A stretch of DNA of 64,000 nt, taken from assembly GCA_950097015.1 (NCBI GenBank), contig CATNEN010000012.1, positions 3,286,001 through 3,350,000 on the forward strand, read 5' to 3'. The notes below the pieces were generated by a model. It saw only the letters and a list, made by a program, of their open reading frames with translations, was not told where the DNA came from and did not search any database. The stretch's first letter is position 1. Each line of letters starts with the position of its first letter. The position numbers were made by a program, and so were the translations under genes. This stretch comes from Macrostomum hystrix. Lineage: Eukaryota > Animalia > Platyhelminthes. Shown here piece by piece: positions 39,623 through 51,514 of the stretch.

Positions 39623-40154
39623 AGTGTCTCGTGTACCTGTTCTAGATTTCTATCGTTTTTAGACTAATAGCAAAAGCTAGCTCCATTAAAAAAGTAATAT
39701 TTTTACCTTTAGAAGTCTTTGTTAATGCTGCTTCTATATTTCTAATGTGTCATAAAGACTAGCTCTCTTATTTGATCTTATTTTTTAAATGTATTTACTT
39801 TTTTTTCAGTAAAATCGCTTCTTTTATCCAGGCACGGCAGTTTCAAGATAGTTACCAATTTTTTCTACACGTAGTAGCATTCTTGGTTGCCGAATCTCTT
39901 TAAACAATGAATCTGCTTTCTTTGTAAATTGTACTTTTAAGGAAGCATGACTGCTCTTGTTATTTTATCACTTTTTAGTTTATTATTAAAACCTTGATTT
40001 CACTGCATGCTTCCTGACCTTGTATTTATATTCATTACTTGTTTCCTATGTTAATAAAAATGTGATTTTCTATGTGATATAAAAGTGAGTTCTATTGACT
40101 CGTGTTATAAAACACGAGTTCTATTCTCAATGAATAGTCAATTAAGTGAGACAA

Positions 40155-41560
40155 AATGAGTTGGTGGGTGCAATAAGCCATGTCGAGAAAATGAGGCTGT
40201 GGGGTAGACAATGAGCTTGCGAGAGAAAATGAGTTGAAGGGTGCAATCTACAAGGGGAGAGAAAATGAGGTGGTGGGTGCAATCTAACAGGGTTGAGAAA
40301 ATGAGTTAGTGGGTGCAATCTACAAGGGGAGAGAAAACGAGGTGGTGGGTGCAATCTAACAGGGTAGAGAAAATGAGTTAGTGGGTGCAATCTACCAGGG
40401 GAGAGAAAATGAGGTGGTGGGTGCAATCTACCAGGGGAGAGAAAATGAGGTGGTTGGTGCAATCTACCAGGGGAGAGAAAATGAGGTGGTTGGTGCAAAC
40501 CAGGGGAGAGAAAATGAGGTGGTGGGTGCAATCTACCAGGGGAGAGAAAATGAGTTGGTGGGTGAAATCTACTAGGGGAGATAAAATGAGTTGGTGGGTG
40601 CAATCTACTAGGGGAGAAAAAATGAGTTGGTGGGTGCAATCTACCAGGGGAGATAAAATGAGGTGGTGGGTGCAATCTACCAGGGGAGAGAAAATGAGGT
40701 GGTTGGTGCAATCTACCAGGGGAGAGAAAATGAGGTGGTTGGTGCAATCTACCAGGGGAGAGAAAATGAGGTGGTTGGTGCAATCTACCAGGGGAGATAA
40801 AATGAGGTGTTGGGTGCAATCTACCAGGGGAGAGAAAATGAGTTGGTGGGTGCAATCTACCAGGGGAGATAAAATGAGGTGGTGGGGTGCAATCTACCAG
40901 GGGAGAGAAAATGAGTTGGTGGGTGCAATCTACCAGGGGAGAGAAAATGAGTTGGTGAGTGCAATCTACCAGGGGAGATAAAATGAGGTGGTGGGTGCAA
41001 TCTACCAGGGGAGAGAAAATGAGTTGGTGGGTGCAATCTACCAGGGGAGATAAAATGAGGTGGTGGGGTGCAATCTACTAGGGGAGAGAAAATGAGTTGG
41101 TGGGTGCAATCTACCAGGGGAGAGAAAATGAGTTGGTGGGTGCAATCTACCAGGGGAGATAAAATGAGGTGGTGGGGTGCAATCTACCAGGGGAGAGAAA
41201 ATGAGGTGGTTGGTGCAATCTACCAGGGGAGATAAAATGAGGTGGTGGGTGCAATCTACCAGGGGAGAGAAAATGAGGTGGTGGGTGCGATCGACCGGGT
41301 GAGATAAAATGAGGTGGTGGGTGCGATCTACCAGGGAAGATAAAATGAGTTGGTGGGTGCAATCTACTAGGGAAGATAAAATGAGTTGGTGGGTGCAATC
41401 TACCAGGGGAGAGAAAATGAGGTGGTTGGTGCAATCTACTAGGGAAAGAGGGGATGAGGTGGTTGGTGCAATCTACCAGGGAAGATAAAATGAGGTGGTG
41501 GGTGCAATCTACCAGGGGAGATAAAATGAGGTGGTGGGTGCGATCGACCGGGTGATATAA
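40155..41560. repeat. 36-bp minisatellite (GGGTGCAATCTACCAGGGGAGAGAAAATGAGGTGGT)n
   Basis: 36-nt period. Its reverse complement resembles the 24950-25620 unit. Confidence 0.95.
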
Positions 41561-42877
41561 AATGGGATCCGAGTACTTGAACTATAAATCTGCATTAGTG
41601 AGTATAAAATTTAATTTCTCACTGAAAATTTTTATAATATTAAGTTTATAATCACGTACAGCACCTGCACATACTTTAATTAAATCCTGTTTTTGAGTTC
41701 TTTCTTTTCACTTCTGAGTAAAAATCATTCTCTTCGATCCTATGCTCGTCTCCTATTGCGGATTTTTGGAGCATTAGGCTTTTTTTCAAAACTGAGACAC
41801 CGACAAGAAATAGGTTTTTATGAATAAGTTCATGCGCTTTACGGTCCGGGGTTTGCCGAGCCCAGGACGCTACTACTGAGTACGGAGTTATTAGTTGGCT
41901 GTGAATTGTACTACTCTCGGTAGTATAAAATTACCCGCGCAATTATTCCTGCTTTGGCCCTTCTCTACGGTGTTTTTCGATGCCTTTGAATTGTTGTTTT
42001 TTGTGTGCAATTTATCTTAGGTTTTACTTTTTGTTTTCTCATATCGATTTTCTGCTTAAAGAATCCCTTTTGCACATGTTAAGTGTGGATCAGCAGTTAA
42101 AATGCTTACAGCCTTTCGATTCGGCAATAAAGTATTATTTCAAATGACTCACATTATAACAGCTACTTCTCCACATTCCAGTTTTACTCCCTATAAATTT
42201 TCCTTTACGCATTCAGCCCAGTTTAGAGTCGTTCTCAGACCTACGCAATAATACAGTCGAGCGCGTTTTTTGCGCAAGCGTTTACACTTTCTCATGTTTA
42301 CATTGAATCATGATGGAGCAAAACTTGTTGGCTGGCCATACTATATGCTTATATATTTTTCTGGTCTTAAATCATATTTTTTTAGATTTTATCAATATAA
42401 TGTGCACGAGGCAATTGTTAAGTTATAATGCAATGAAAGAATTTCTACTCAAATTTATATTTTATGCATCTTGTGTTACAGTGATAAAATATGAACCTGA
42501 GCAAGACAAAAATCTAAACAGAGCAAGAATGTAAAATGTTTAATGTAAAATAAAGTACATATACAGACAGATCTGTAGCGTATCTTAAAAAGTTAAATTT
42601 AAGTAATATTGGACCTTGGACCGAATTAAATGCCGCTATGGCATCCTAGTGACCATAGACTAAAGCTGAAATACTATAGCAGGCAGAATATAATACAGGC
42701 AGATCTTGGATTAAATTAAGACCAAAGATGCTCGTAAGACCAAATGGGCTACAAAAAGCTATACTTTTCATTAAACAACGCTGAGCAAGGGTTTTAATGA
42801 ACATCGTTAAACTATGTCTATGGGGAATTCTCACAGGGAATTCCCTTTGGATTCTTGTATTTCAAGCGTTAAGTGTG

Positions 42878-43011
42878 TATTTTCATTGAGCAACGCTGGG
42901 ATTCCCGCCATTAAATACCGCGGGGTTTTAATGGACGACAGTAAAACCCCGGTGGAATGTGTATGGTGCAAACAGAACCGCTGGGAATCCCAGCGTTGCT
43001 CAATGAAAATA
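42878..43011. mobile_element. 134-bp MITE-like fold-back element
   Basis: Perfect 29-bp inverted repeat TATTTTCATTGAGCAACGCTGGGATTCCC (42878-42906 and 42983-43011), whose outer TA may be the TSD. Inner inverted repeat GGGGTTTTA/TAAAACCCC. Confidence 0.75.
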
Positions 43012-43070
43012 TATTCCGGCTATTTCGGGCATCAATGGCTGGTAAATATTCTTACATTTAAGCAAAAAAA

Positions 43071-44370
43071 TATACCTTTTGTCAATTGATTTCGCAAAAA
43101 AGCCAATTGATTTCCCCATTAGCTGAAGTCGAAAGCGAGGGCCCAACCAGCCTTCTCGACCATAGATAAGTCCAAATGAATTCCTTTAAGTCCAATTGAT
43201 TTCCCTCAATTCAATGTGTTTTAAGCATACTCTCTGGGGAAATCGATTGGAGTTGTTTCATTCTGTTGTCTGTGGTCGAAATCGAGGATTCATAGTTAGT
43301 CTTTGCCTACAGCGCAAATCTGGCATGTACAAGAGAACAGAGGTCATCAACCACTATGCTGCGCGGGCACTACACTACAGCAGTATCGGAGAAGGACCGA
43401 CAGAGAATCGCTCAATCGTATGTCCGAGGTGAAGACTGGAGGCTCCTGGCAAGACAATTGCAGATTAAACCAAGAACCACCAGGTCCATCATTGAGGTAT
43501 TTGAAAGAGACGGAAGAGATCATAGTCTGGCCAAGGGTGGTAATCGACAGAAACATCTGAATGAGGAAATGACGGAGCACTTGATAACAATAGTCGAACA
43601 AAATCCCACCTGCACTCTACAAATGATGCGTGGTGGTCTTTCAGTGCGGTGGCCTGCATTGGAGACCGTTGGCCTGAAGACTATCAGTCGTGCACTGGAC
43701 AAGCAGCTAATTACGTTAAAAAAGCTTCGTACTGTCACGGACGATTGGAATTCGAACATCACCAAAGAAGCTCGCGCAGCCTGACATTCAGCAGCAGATG
43801 GGAGACCGCGCCGCGGCAGCACAGCAAGGTGTTACCCTTCACATGAGACGGATGACTGATCTGCTGCAACAGGAAGAGTTGGGATGCATCGACGTGCTGA
43901 ATCTGGACAAGTGTCGCCAATGGTGTCACCACGTCATGTTGTACTATCAGCGGTGCCTCGAATATGCCGATATCTTCCAGTGACGTACGCCAAGTACGCC
44001 AAAGCTAACTTCATAATTTTCATGACCCGCATGACCCGAAACCTGGTTATTTGTTCATTCTTTGTTACTTTGTTTCATTTGTTACATAGGATGATGACCT
44101 CTGTTCTCTTGTACATGCCAGATTTGCGCTGTAGGCAAAGGCTAACTATGAATCCTCGATTTCGACCACAGATAACAGAATGAAACAACTCCAATCGATT
44201 TCCCCAGAGAGTATGCTTAAAACACATTGAATTGAGGGAAATCAATTGGACTTAAAGGAATTCATTTGGACTTATCTATGGTCGAGAAGGCTGGTTGGGC
44301 CCTCGCTTTCGACTTCAGCTAATGGGGAAATCAATTGGCTTTTTTGCGAAATCAATTGACAAAAGGTATA
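43071..44370 (+). mobile_element. Tc1/mariner (IS630-Tc1) transposon, internally deleted, 277-bp TIRs, TA target duplication
   Basis: TIRs at 43073-43349 and 44092-44368 with about 2 mismatches, flanked by TA. Transposase N- and C-terminal remnants lie inside. Confidence 0.9.
43356..43983 (+). pseudogene. Truncated Tc1/IS630-type transposase: HTH DNA-binding region (43356-43784) plus C-terminal remnant (to 43983), DDE core absent
   Basis: GGNRQKHL...IVEQNPTCTLQMMR...TISRAL...TLKK is the paired/homeo-like HTH region of this family. CRQWCHHVMLYYQRCL resembles the family C-terminus. There is no room for a catalytic domain between them. Confidence 0.8.
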
Positions 44371-45827
44371 ATTATCGTCTCGATGTAAAAATATTTCCTT
44401 TAAGAAGTACAATGTGATTTTTAAAAATCCAAAAAGAATTTGCACGGATGGGAACATAAACTATTTTGTTGTCGTTCATATGTATTTAACTGCTATCGTG
44501 GATAAAACTGAAAATGTTGAAAATTCTAATTGTAAGAATTGTAATGATGATATTTTTAATGATAACAAATAATCATCATTTGTTAAGAATTGTTGAATAA
44601 ATACTCTTTCTATAATTCTAGTTCTATTTTTTGCAACAAGCCCAGTTTGTGGAAGCTCTGACCAGAATTATTGTAGCTCTTTTAAACAACTCGTACGAGT
44701 TGACGAATAAACTGGATCAGTTTTAGAGACTAGTACTCACGGTGGTATTTTTTTCGTAAATCACATATTACAACAAAATTATAAAATTATTTTTCTTAGT
44801 GTTTTCTTTTTTTGTTGTTAGACAGGCAAAAAAACATGGCACTAAAAAACAAATTTCTTTTCTCCTTTCAAATGTTGTCTTTTTCATTTATGTCAGCTTT
44901 CACAATTTTGACTTGAGTTAAGAAGTATGATTTTAATTGTTTATCTTGTTTCTTTCTGATAGTATCGCTCTGTCGTTTCTCTTGACATTGTGTTTAACGT
45001 GTAGCTCATAGTGTCTATTTTTATCGCTAGTAAATAATTTATATATATATATGCATGCATATATCAATATAGATTTAAGTCGCTCAGGAGAAAAAATATT
45101 ACATTGTTCTGCTAGTTGGTAATGCCCCATTATAAATGGGGAATTGCTTTCGCAGAAGTTCTCAGAACGCAGAAGACGTTGGTATGTCTGACCGGTCAGT
45201 ACGTTCTGGATTGCAAGGTAAGAAAACATAATCATCATTTGTTAAGAAGTGTTAAATAAATGACAGCCAAATAACTGATTCAATTTAAATAAAGATTGTT
45301 CTTAACTTCGATAGTAAGCTTTACATATTGATATTGTGATGCAATTAAAGTTGCTTTGCTTAAAGTAAATGATGTTGCTTATTAACAAAAAAGGTTTTAA
45401 TTAATTAGAATTTCAAAGTTATATTTTTGTTTAGTATCTTCATAAAAAATTAACATTTTTTGGAGTTCTTGTTTGAATTGAACAGCGAGCTGGATTTTCA
45501 AACCTATTGACTAATACAATAGCAATTATATTTAATATAATATATACAATACATAAATGAAAAAGACAACATTTGAAAGGAGAATATAAATTTGTTTTTT
45601 TAGTTTTTTGTGTTACATTTTCATATGTAAAAGTGCTGATGTGGTAAAGTTTCTATCCTTCTATCTTTTGTTTAACCATACAATGTATTTTACCTATGTT
45701 AGATTTTTCTCAATGCCATATTAGCTTATTAAGTAGTACTCGTATCAACAACTGCGGTGTTGATAATATTGACGTGCTAAAAATATGATTAAACTAAAAT
45801 TTACTAACGGAACACTTAATGTGACAG

Positions 45828-47385
45828 CTCGCGGCCAGTCTATGCAACTCAGGCAGCCGCCACCACAGCCGCTAGCCGCCAAGAATTGTCCGCTGCGCCG
45901 TGAGCGAATCAGCTGGAGCTCCGAGCAGCCGCTAACCGAAGGCCAGCTGCAGCTGAAGCGCGACGAATTCTGGGACACCGCGCCAGCCTTCGAGGGCCGC
46001 AAGGAGATCTGGGACGCGCTGAAGGCGGCAGCAGGCGCTCTAGAATCTGGGGATCATGCCCTGGCCCAGGCCATTGTTAGTGGTGCCGGTGTCACACTGC
46101 CGCACGGCCTTCTCACCGACTGCTACGACGAGTTGGGCTGCCGCTACCAGCTGCCTCTCTATGTGCTGGCGGCGCCGCTAAATCTGGTCTGCAGTGGGTC
46201 GGCTTTGGCGACGGCTGCCGTCGCAACAGCCGCCGATGAGGGCGCCACAGGTTTGAAATTCCAGTTCGCTGTCTGAACTCCCTCGGCTATTATCTTCTGT
46301 GCACTTGTGAACACACAGGCGTGTACATCTGCCCGGACTTTTTCATCGTCTGGTAGTGTACACTAGCTGTGCCTTTGGTGGTAGGCCCTTGTCCGACTAC
46401 TGGTTGCATTCCAAACCTACTGGGTGGATTCCAAGCCTACTGGATGGATTCCAAACCTACTGGGTGGATTCCAAGCCTGCTGTGTGGGTTCCAAGCCTAC
46501 TGGGTTGATTCCAAGCCTACTGGGTGGATTCCAAGCCTACTGGATGGATTCCAAACCTACTGGGTGGATTCCAAGCCTACTGGGTGGATTTCAAACCTAC
46601 TGTGTGGGTTACAAGCCTACTGGGTGGATTCCAAACCAACTGGATGGATTCCAAACCTACTGGATGGATTCCAAACCAACTGGGTGGATTCCAAACCAAC
46701 TGGATGGTTTCCAAACCTACTGGGCTGGTTCTAAACTTACTGGGTGGATTCCAAATCAACTGGATGGATTCCAAACCTACTGGGTGGGTGGGTTCCAAAC
46801 CTACTGGGTGGGTTCCAAACCTACTGGGTGGGTTCCAAACCTACTGGGTGGGTTCCAAACCTACTGGGTGGGTTCCAAACCTACTGGGTGGGTTCCAAAC
46901 CTACTGGGTGGGTTCCAAACCTACTGGGTGGGTTCCAAACCTACTGGGTGGGTTCCAAACCTACTGGGTGGGTTCCAAACCTACTGGGTGGATTCCAAGC
47001 CTTCTGGATGCAGATTAAAACAGAAAACAATTGATTCCCAAATGAACAATTCTGCTTAATATCAGAAGATGGGGATAACGGCTCTGCCTCGGCCAGCTAC
47101 GCTACCGACATTGCTGCACATCAGCAGCAGCAGCAGGTGCTACTGAACCTCCGTCTCTCTGACGGGCGTGACCTTCAGCTGCCTGTGGGTCCTGACGATC
47201 AGGTTCAGCGGGCCAAGCGGCTTCTGGAGCGGAGCGCCGGCTGCCCCGCTGCCGACCAACGCTGGTTCTGCTACGGCAACCTGCTGCCCGACCGCGCCCG
47301 GATTCGCGACTGCACTATTCCGCGTGGCTTCATTGTACAGGTCATTGTGCGCCAGTCAAGCGCCCCGCCGCCAGTCACCGACTAA
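45828..47385 (+). CDS. UBTD: Ubiquitin domain-containing protein (UBTD1/2, DC-UbP family); exons 45828-46250 and 47066-47385; N-terminal exon uncertain
   Basis: [22 protein letters not shown] and [14 protein letters not shown] are the DC-UbP N-domain signature. The C-terminal UBL reads LRLSDGRD...QRWF.YG.LL.D...FIVQVIV. GT-AG intron in matching phase 1. Confidence 0.92.
46308..46365 (-). mobile_element. Short SINE remnant in UBTD intron
   Basis: ACACAGGCGTGTACATCTGCC...GACTTTTTCATCGTCTGGTAGTGTACACT matches the core of 62570-62895. Confidence 0.6.
46400..47000. repeat. 20-bp intronic minisatellite (GGGTTCCAAACCTACTGGGT)n
   Basis: 20-nt period, filling most of the UBTD intron. Confidence 0.95.
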
Positions 47386-47714
47386 AAACTTTTTTTCTGG
47401 TGCACTTTTTAGTTAGAATGATTTTCACCTGGCCATCAAACCAATTGATTGTATTGAAATTGGCAGCCTTTCAGAATTTTTATTGATTCTCCTACCGTCT
47501 GTAAAGAACATTGCGAAACCGATTTTATCATTCCATGAATATTTGCAGAATTTTAGTTCACAAATATTTTCGTTCATACCCCACAGATGTGAATTTCCAA
47601 GTCTTTTTTTCAAACTTGTGCTGTGATTTTTTGTTTAAATGCGCAAATTAAATTGTTCACATTTGAAATTGTGTTAAAAAATGCTGCAGATCTCCACGAG
47701 GTAATAACATCCGT

Positions 47715-50035
47715 AAGATTGTCCCAACCCTGAAGTTTGTCCCATCCCTGAAAATTTGTCCCAACCCTGAAGACTGTGCCAACCCTGAAGATTGTCCCAA
47801 CCCTGAAGATTGTCCCAACCCTGAAGATTGTCCCAACCCTGAAGATTGTCCCAACCCTGAAGATTGTCCCAACCCTGAAGATTGTCCCAACCCTGAAGAT
47901 TGTCCCAACCCTGAAGATTGTCCTAACCCTGAAGATTGTCCCAACCCTGAAGATTGTCCTAACCCTAAAGATTCTCCCAACCCTGAAGATTGTCCCAACC
48001 CTGAAGATTGTCCCAACCCTGAAGATTGTCCCAACCCTGAAGATTGTCCTAACCCTGAAGATTGTCCCAACCCTGAAGATTGTCCCAACCCTGAAGATAT
48101 TCTCAACCCTAAAGATTCTCCCAACCCTGAAGATTGTCCTAACCCTGAAGATTGTCCCAACCCTGAAGATTGTCCTAACCCTGAAGATTGTCCCAACCCT
48201 GAAGATTGTCCTAACCCTGAAGATTGTCCCAACCCTGAAGATTGTCCTAACCCTGAAGATTGTCCCAACCCTGAAGATTGTCCTAACCCTGAAGATTGTC
48301 CCAACCCTGAAGATTGTCCTAACCCTGAAGATTGTCCCAACCCTGAAGATTGTCCTAACCCTAAAGATTCTCCCAACCCTGAAGATTGTCCTAACCCTAA
48401 AGATTCTCCCAACCCTGAAGATTGTCCCAACCCTGAAGATTGTCCCAACCCTGAAGATTGTCCTAACCCTGAAGATTGTCCCAACCCTGAAGATTGTCCT
48501 AACCCTGAAGATTGTCCCAACCCTGAAGATTGTCCTAACCCTGAAGATTGTCCCAACCCTGAAGATTGTCCTAACCCTGAAGATTGTCCCAACCCTGAAG
48601 ATTGTCCTAACCCTGAAGATTGTCCCAACCCTGAAGATTGTCCTAACCCTGAAGATTGTCCCAACCCTGAAGATTGTCCCAACCCTGAAGATTGTCCTAA
48701 CCCTGAAGATTGTCCCAACCCTGAAGATTGTCCTAACCCTGAAGATTGTCCCAACCCTGAAGATTGTCCTAACCCTAAAGATTCTCCCAACCCTGAAGAT
48801 TGTCCCAACCCTGAAGATTGTCCCAACCCTGAAGATTGTCCCAACCCTGAAGTTTGTCCCAACCCTGAAGATATTCTCAACCCTAAAGATTCTCCCAACC
48901 CTGAAGATTGTCCCAACCCTGAAGATTGTCCCAACCCTGAAGATTGTCCCAACCCTGAAGATTGTCCCAACCCTGAAGATTGTCCCAACCCTGAAGATAT
49001 TCTCAACCCTAAAGATTCTCCCAACCCTGAAGATTGTCCCAACCCTGAAGATTGTCCCAACCCTGAAGATTGTCCCAACCCTGAAGTTTGTCCCAACCCT
49101 GAAGATTGTCCCAACCCTGAAGTTTGTCCCAACCCTGAAGATTGTCCCAACCCTGAAGATTGTCCCAACCCTGAAGATATTCTCAACCCTAAAGATTCTC
49201 CCAACCCTGAAGATTGTCCTAACCCTGAAGATTGTCCCAACCCTGAAGATTGTCCTAACCCTGAAGATTGTCCCAACCCTGAAGATTGTCCTAACCCTGA
49301 AGATTGTCCCAACCCTGAAGATTGTCCCAACCCTGAAGATTGTCCTAACCCTGAAGATTGTCCTAACCCTGAAGATTGTCCCAACCCTGAAGATTGTCCT
49401 AACCCTAAAGATTCTCCCAACCCTGAAGATTGTCCCAACCCTGAAGATTGTCCCAACCCTGAAGATTGTCCTAACCCTGAAGATTGTCCCAACCCTGAAG
49501 ATTGTCCTAACCCTGAAGATTGTCCCAACCCTGAAGATTGTCCTAACCCTGAAGATTGTCCCAACCCTGAAGATTGTCCTAACCCTGAAGATTGTCCCAA
49601 CCCTGAAGATTGTCCTAACCCTAAAGATTCTCCCAACCCTGAAGATTGTCCCAACCCTGAAGATTGTCCCAACCCTGAAGATTGTCCCAACCCTGAAGTT
49701 TGTCCCAACCCTGAAGATATTCTCAACCCTAAAGATTCTCCCAACCCTGAAGATTGTCCCAACCCTGAAGATTGTCCCAACCCTGAAGATTGTCCCAACC
49801 CTGAAGATTGTCCCAACCCTGAAGATTGTCCCAACCCTGAAGATATTCTCAACCCTAAAGATTCTCCCAACCCTGAAGATTGTCCCAACCCTGAAGATTG
49901 TCCCAACCCTGAAGATTGTCCCAACCCTGAAGTTTGTCCCAACCCTGAAGATTGTCCCAACCCTGAAGATTGTCCCAACCCTGAAGATTGTCCAACCCTG
50001 AAGATTGTCCCAACCCTGAAGATTGTCCTAACCTG
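47715..50035. repeat. 18-bp minisatellite (CCCAACCCTGAAGATTGT)n
   Basis: 18-nt period. Produces the stop-free 796-aa and 741-aa artefact ORFs. Confidence 0.97.
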
Positions 50036-50407
50036 TGGACTCTGCAAACCCTTAAGATTTTACAAAATCTTAATTATATTGATTTTTTCGAATTTCGACT
50101 TATCCTGCCAGGACTCAAGCCACAGTATATAGGTTGCTTTCCAGTTTCGACAGTATTCTACCTCCTTTCAATGGTTTGACCTGAAACAGTTTTTCAAAAC
50201 GCTCAATAAAGTGTTGATGTTATTCTAGTCTATTTTTTAGCTCAGTTTGTTCTGCTCTAAGACACTATGTTGCATTGTCAAATGCCAAAAACTATGCATG
50301 AAACACTTTGTAACAAAAGTTCTCAACTATTACGAGAGCTTTGTCTTCAGTAGCACTTCTTGAAGCCCTAAGCCGGAAAACTTTTATTCCTTCTAAATGA
50401 GGAGAAA

Positions 50408-50990
50408 GCCTATTCTCAATCATCTTAAGTCTATTCTCAATCATCGTAAGTCTATTCTCAATCATCTTAAGTCTATTCTCAATCATCTTAAGTCTATTCT
50501 CAATCATCTTAAGTCTATTCTCAATCATTTTAAGTCTATTCTCAATCATCTTAAGTCTATTCTCAATCATTTTAAGTCTATTCTCAATCATCTTAAGTCT
50601 ATTCTCAATCATTTTAAGTCTATTCTCAATCATCTTAAGTCTATTCTCAATCATTTTAAGTCTATTCTAAAAAATCGCGCATTTTTTTCTCATTAATCTT
50701 AAAACCGTTCCAATCATTCTAAGAACTGTTCTCAACTATCTGAGAACTGTTCTCATCAATCTTAAATCTGTTCTCATCGATCTCAAAACTGTTCTCATCG
50801 ATCTCAAAACTGTTCTCATCTATCTCAAAACTGTTCTCATCAATCTCAAAACGGTTTTCATCAATCTCAAACTGTTCTCATCAATCTCAAAACTGTTCTC
50901 ATCTATCTAAAACTGTTCTCATCAACCTCAAAGCTGTTCTAATCTATCTATGATCTGTTCTCATCATTGTAGAAACAGCTCCCATCTATC
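50408..50990. repeat. Two adjacent 21-bp minisatellites (TTCTCAATCATCTTAAGTCTA)n and (CTGTTCTCATCAATCTCAAAA)n
   Basis: Visible 21-nt periods at 50408-50670 and 50705-50990. Confidence 0.9.
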
Positions 50991-51514
50991 TAAAAATTGT
51001 TTTCTGAGGGATTTGGATTAAATTAAGAGACCTTTTATTGCCTGACTCTGACCGTCAGCACAATTCAGTCTCAAAGATCCGTTCCATGATCGAGAATTTA
51101 GGCACCTGTCTCAGGAAACATTTGACGGTGTGACAATTTACTATTGGACTATTGGATTGAAAAAAATCTGGCGAAACGATGGAGAGTCGGCAGAAGAACT
51201 TGCACAAGACATCAGGCTTCTTTATTGAAATAGCAGAGGACGGAAAGTTCTCAGGCCCGACCAGCCATTGTGCCAGAGTTCGTTGCTTCCTGTGAGCAAG
51301 AACTGCCCTCCTTATAAAAGCGCGAAGCTGGGAGTGAAAACCGCGGCGGATTGAAACTGTTCAAATTCAAATCCGGCTCCAGTTCTGCTGTGGCACACAG
51401 AGAAGGCCCAAAGAAAGGTAATTCTTTCGTGGTGAATCCATCGACCATCTATCAACCATGGACGACGTACGAGTAGTAGTCCTTAAGTAGTACTTGCTTT
51501 CAACTAGTTGTAGA

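Noticed and set aside
47657-50047. 796-aa (GQSSGL)n and 741-aa (PTLKIV)n ORFs
   Set aside because: An 18-bp unit is open on both strands at once. There is no signal peptide or unique domain and no codon-position bias in the variants.
51178-51448. Possible small exons or ORFs upstream of the 22-bp array (donor-like AAAG|GTAATT near 51418)
   Set aside because: Could be an EML 5' exon or a TE remnant, but no frame could be linked or identified.
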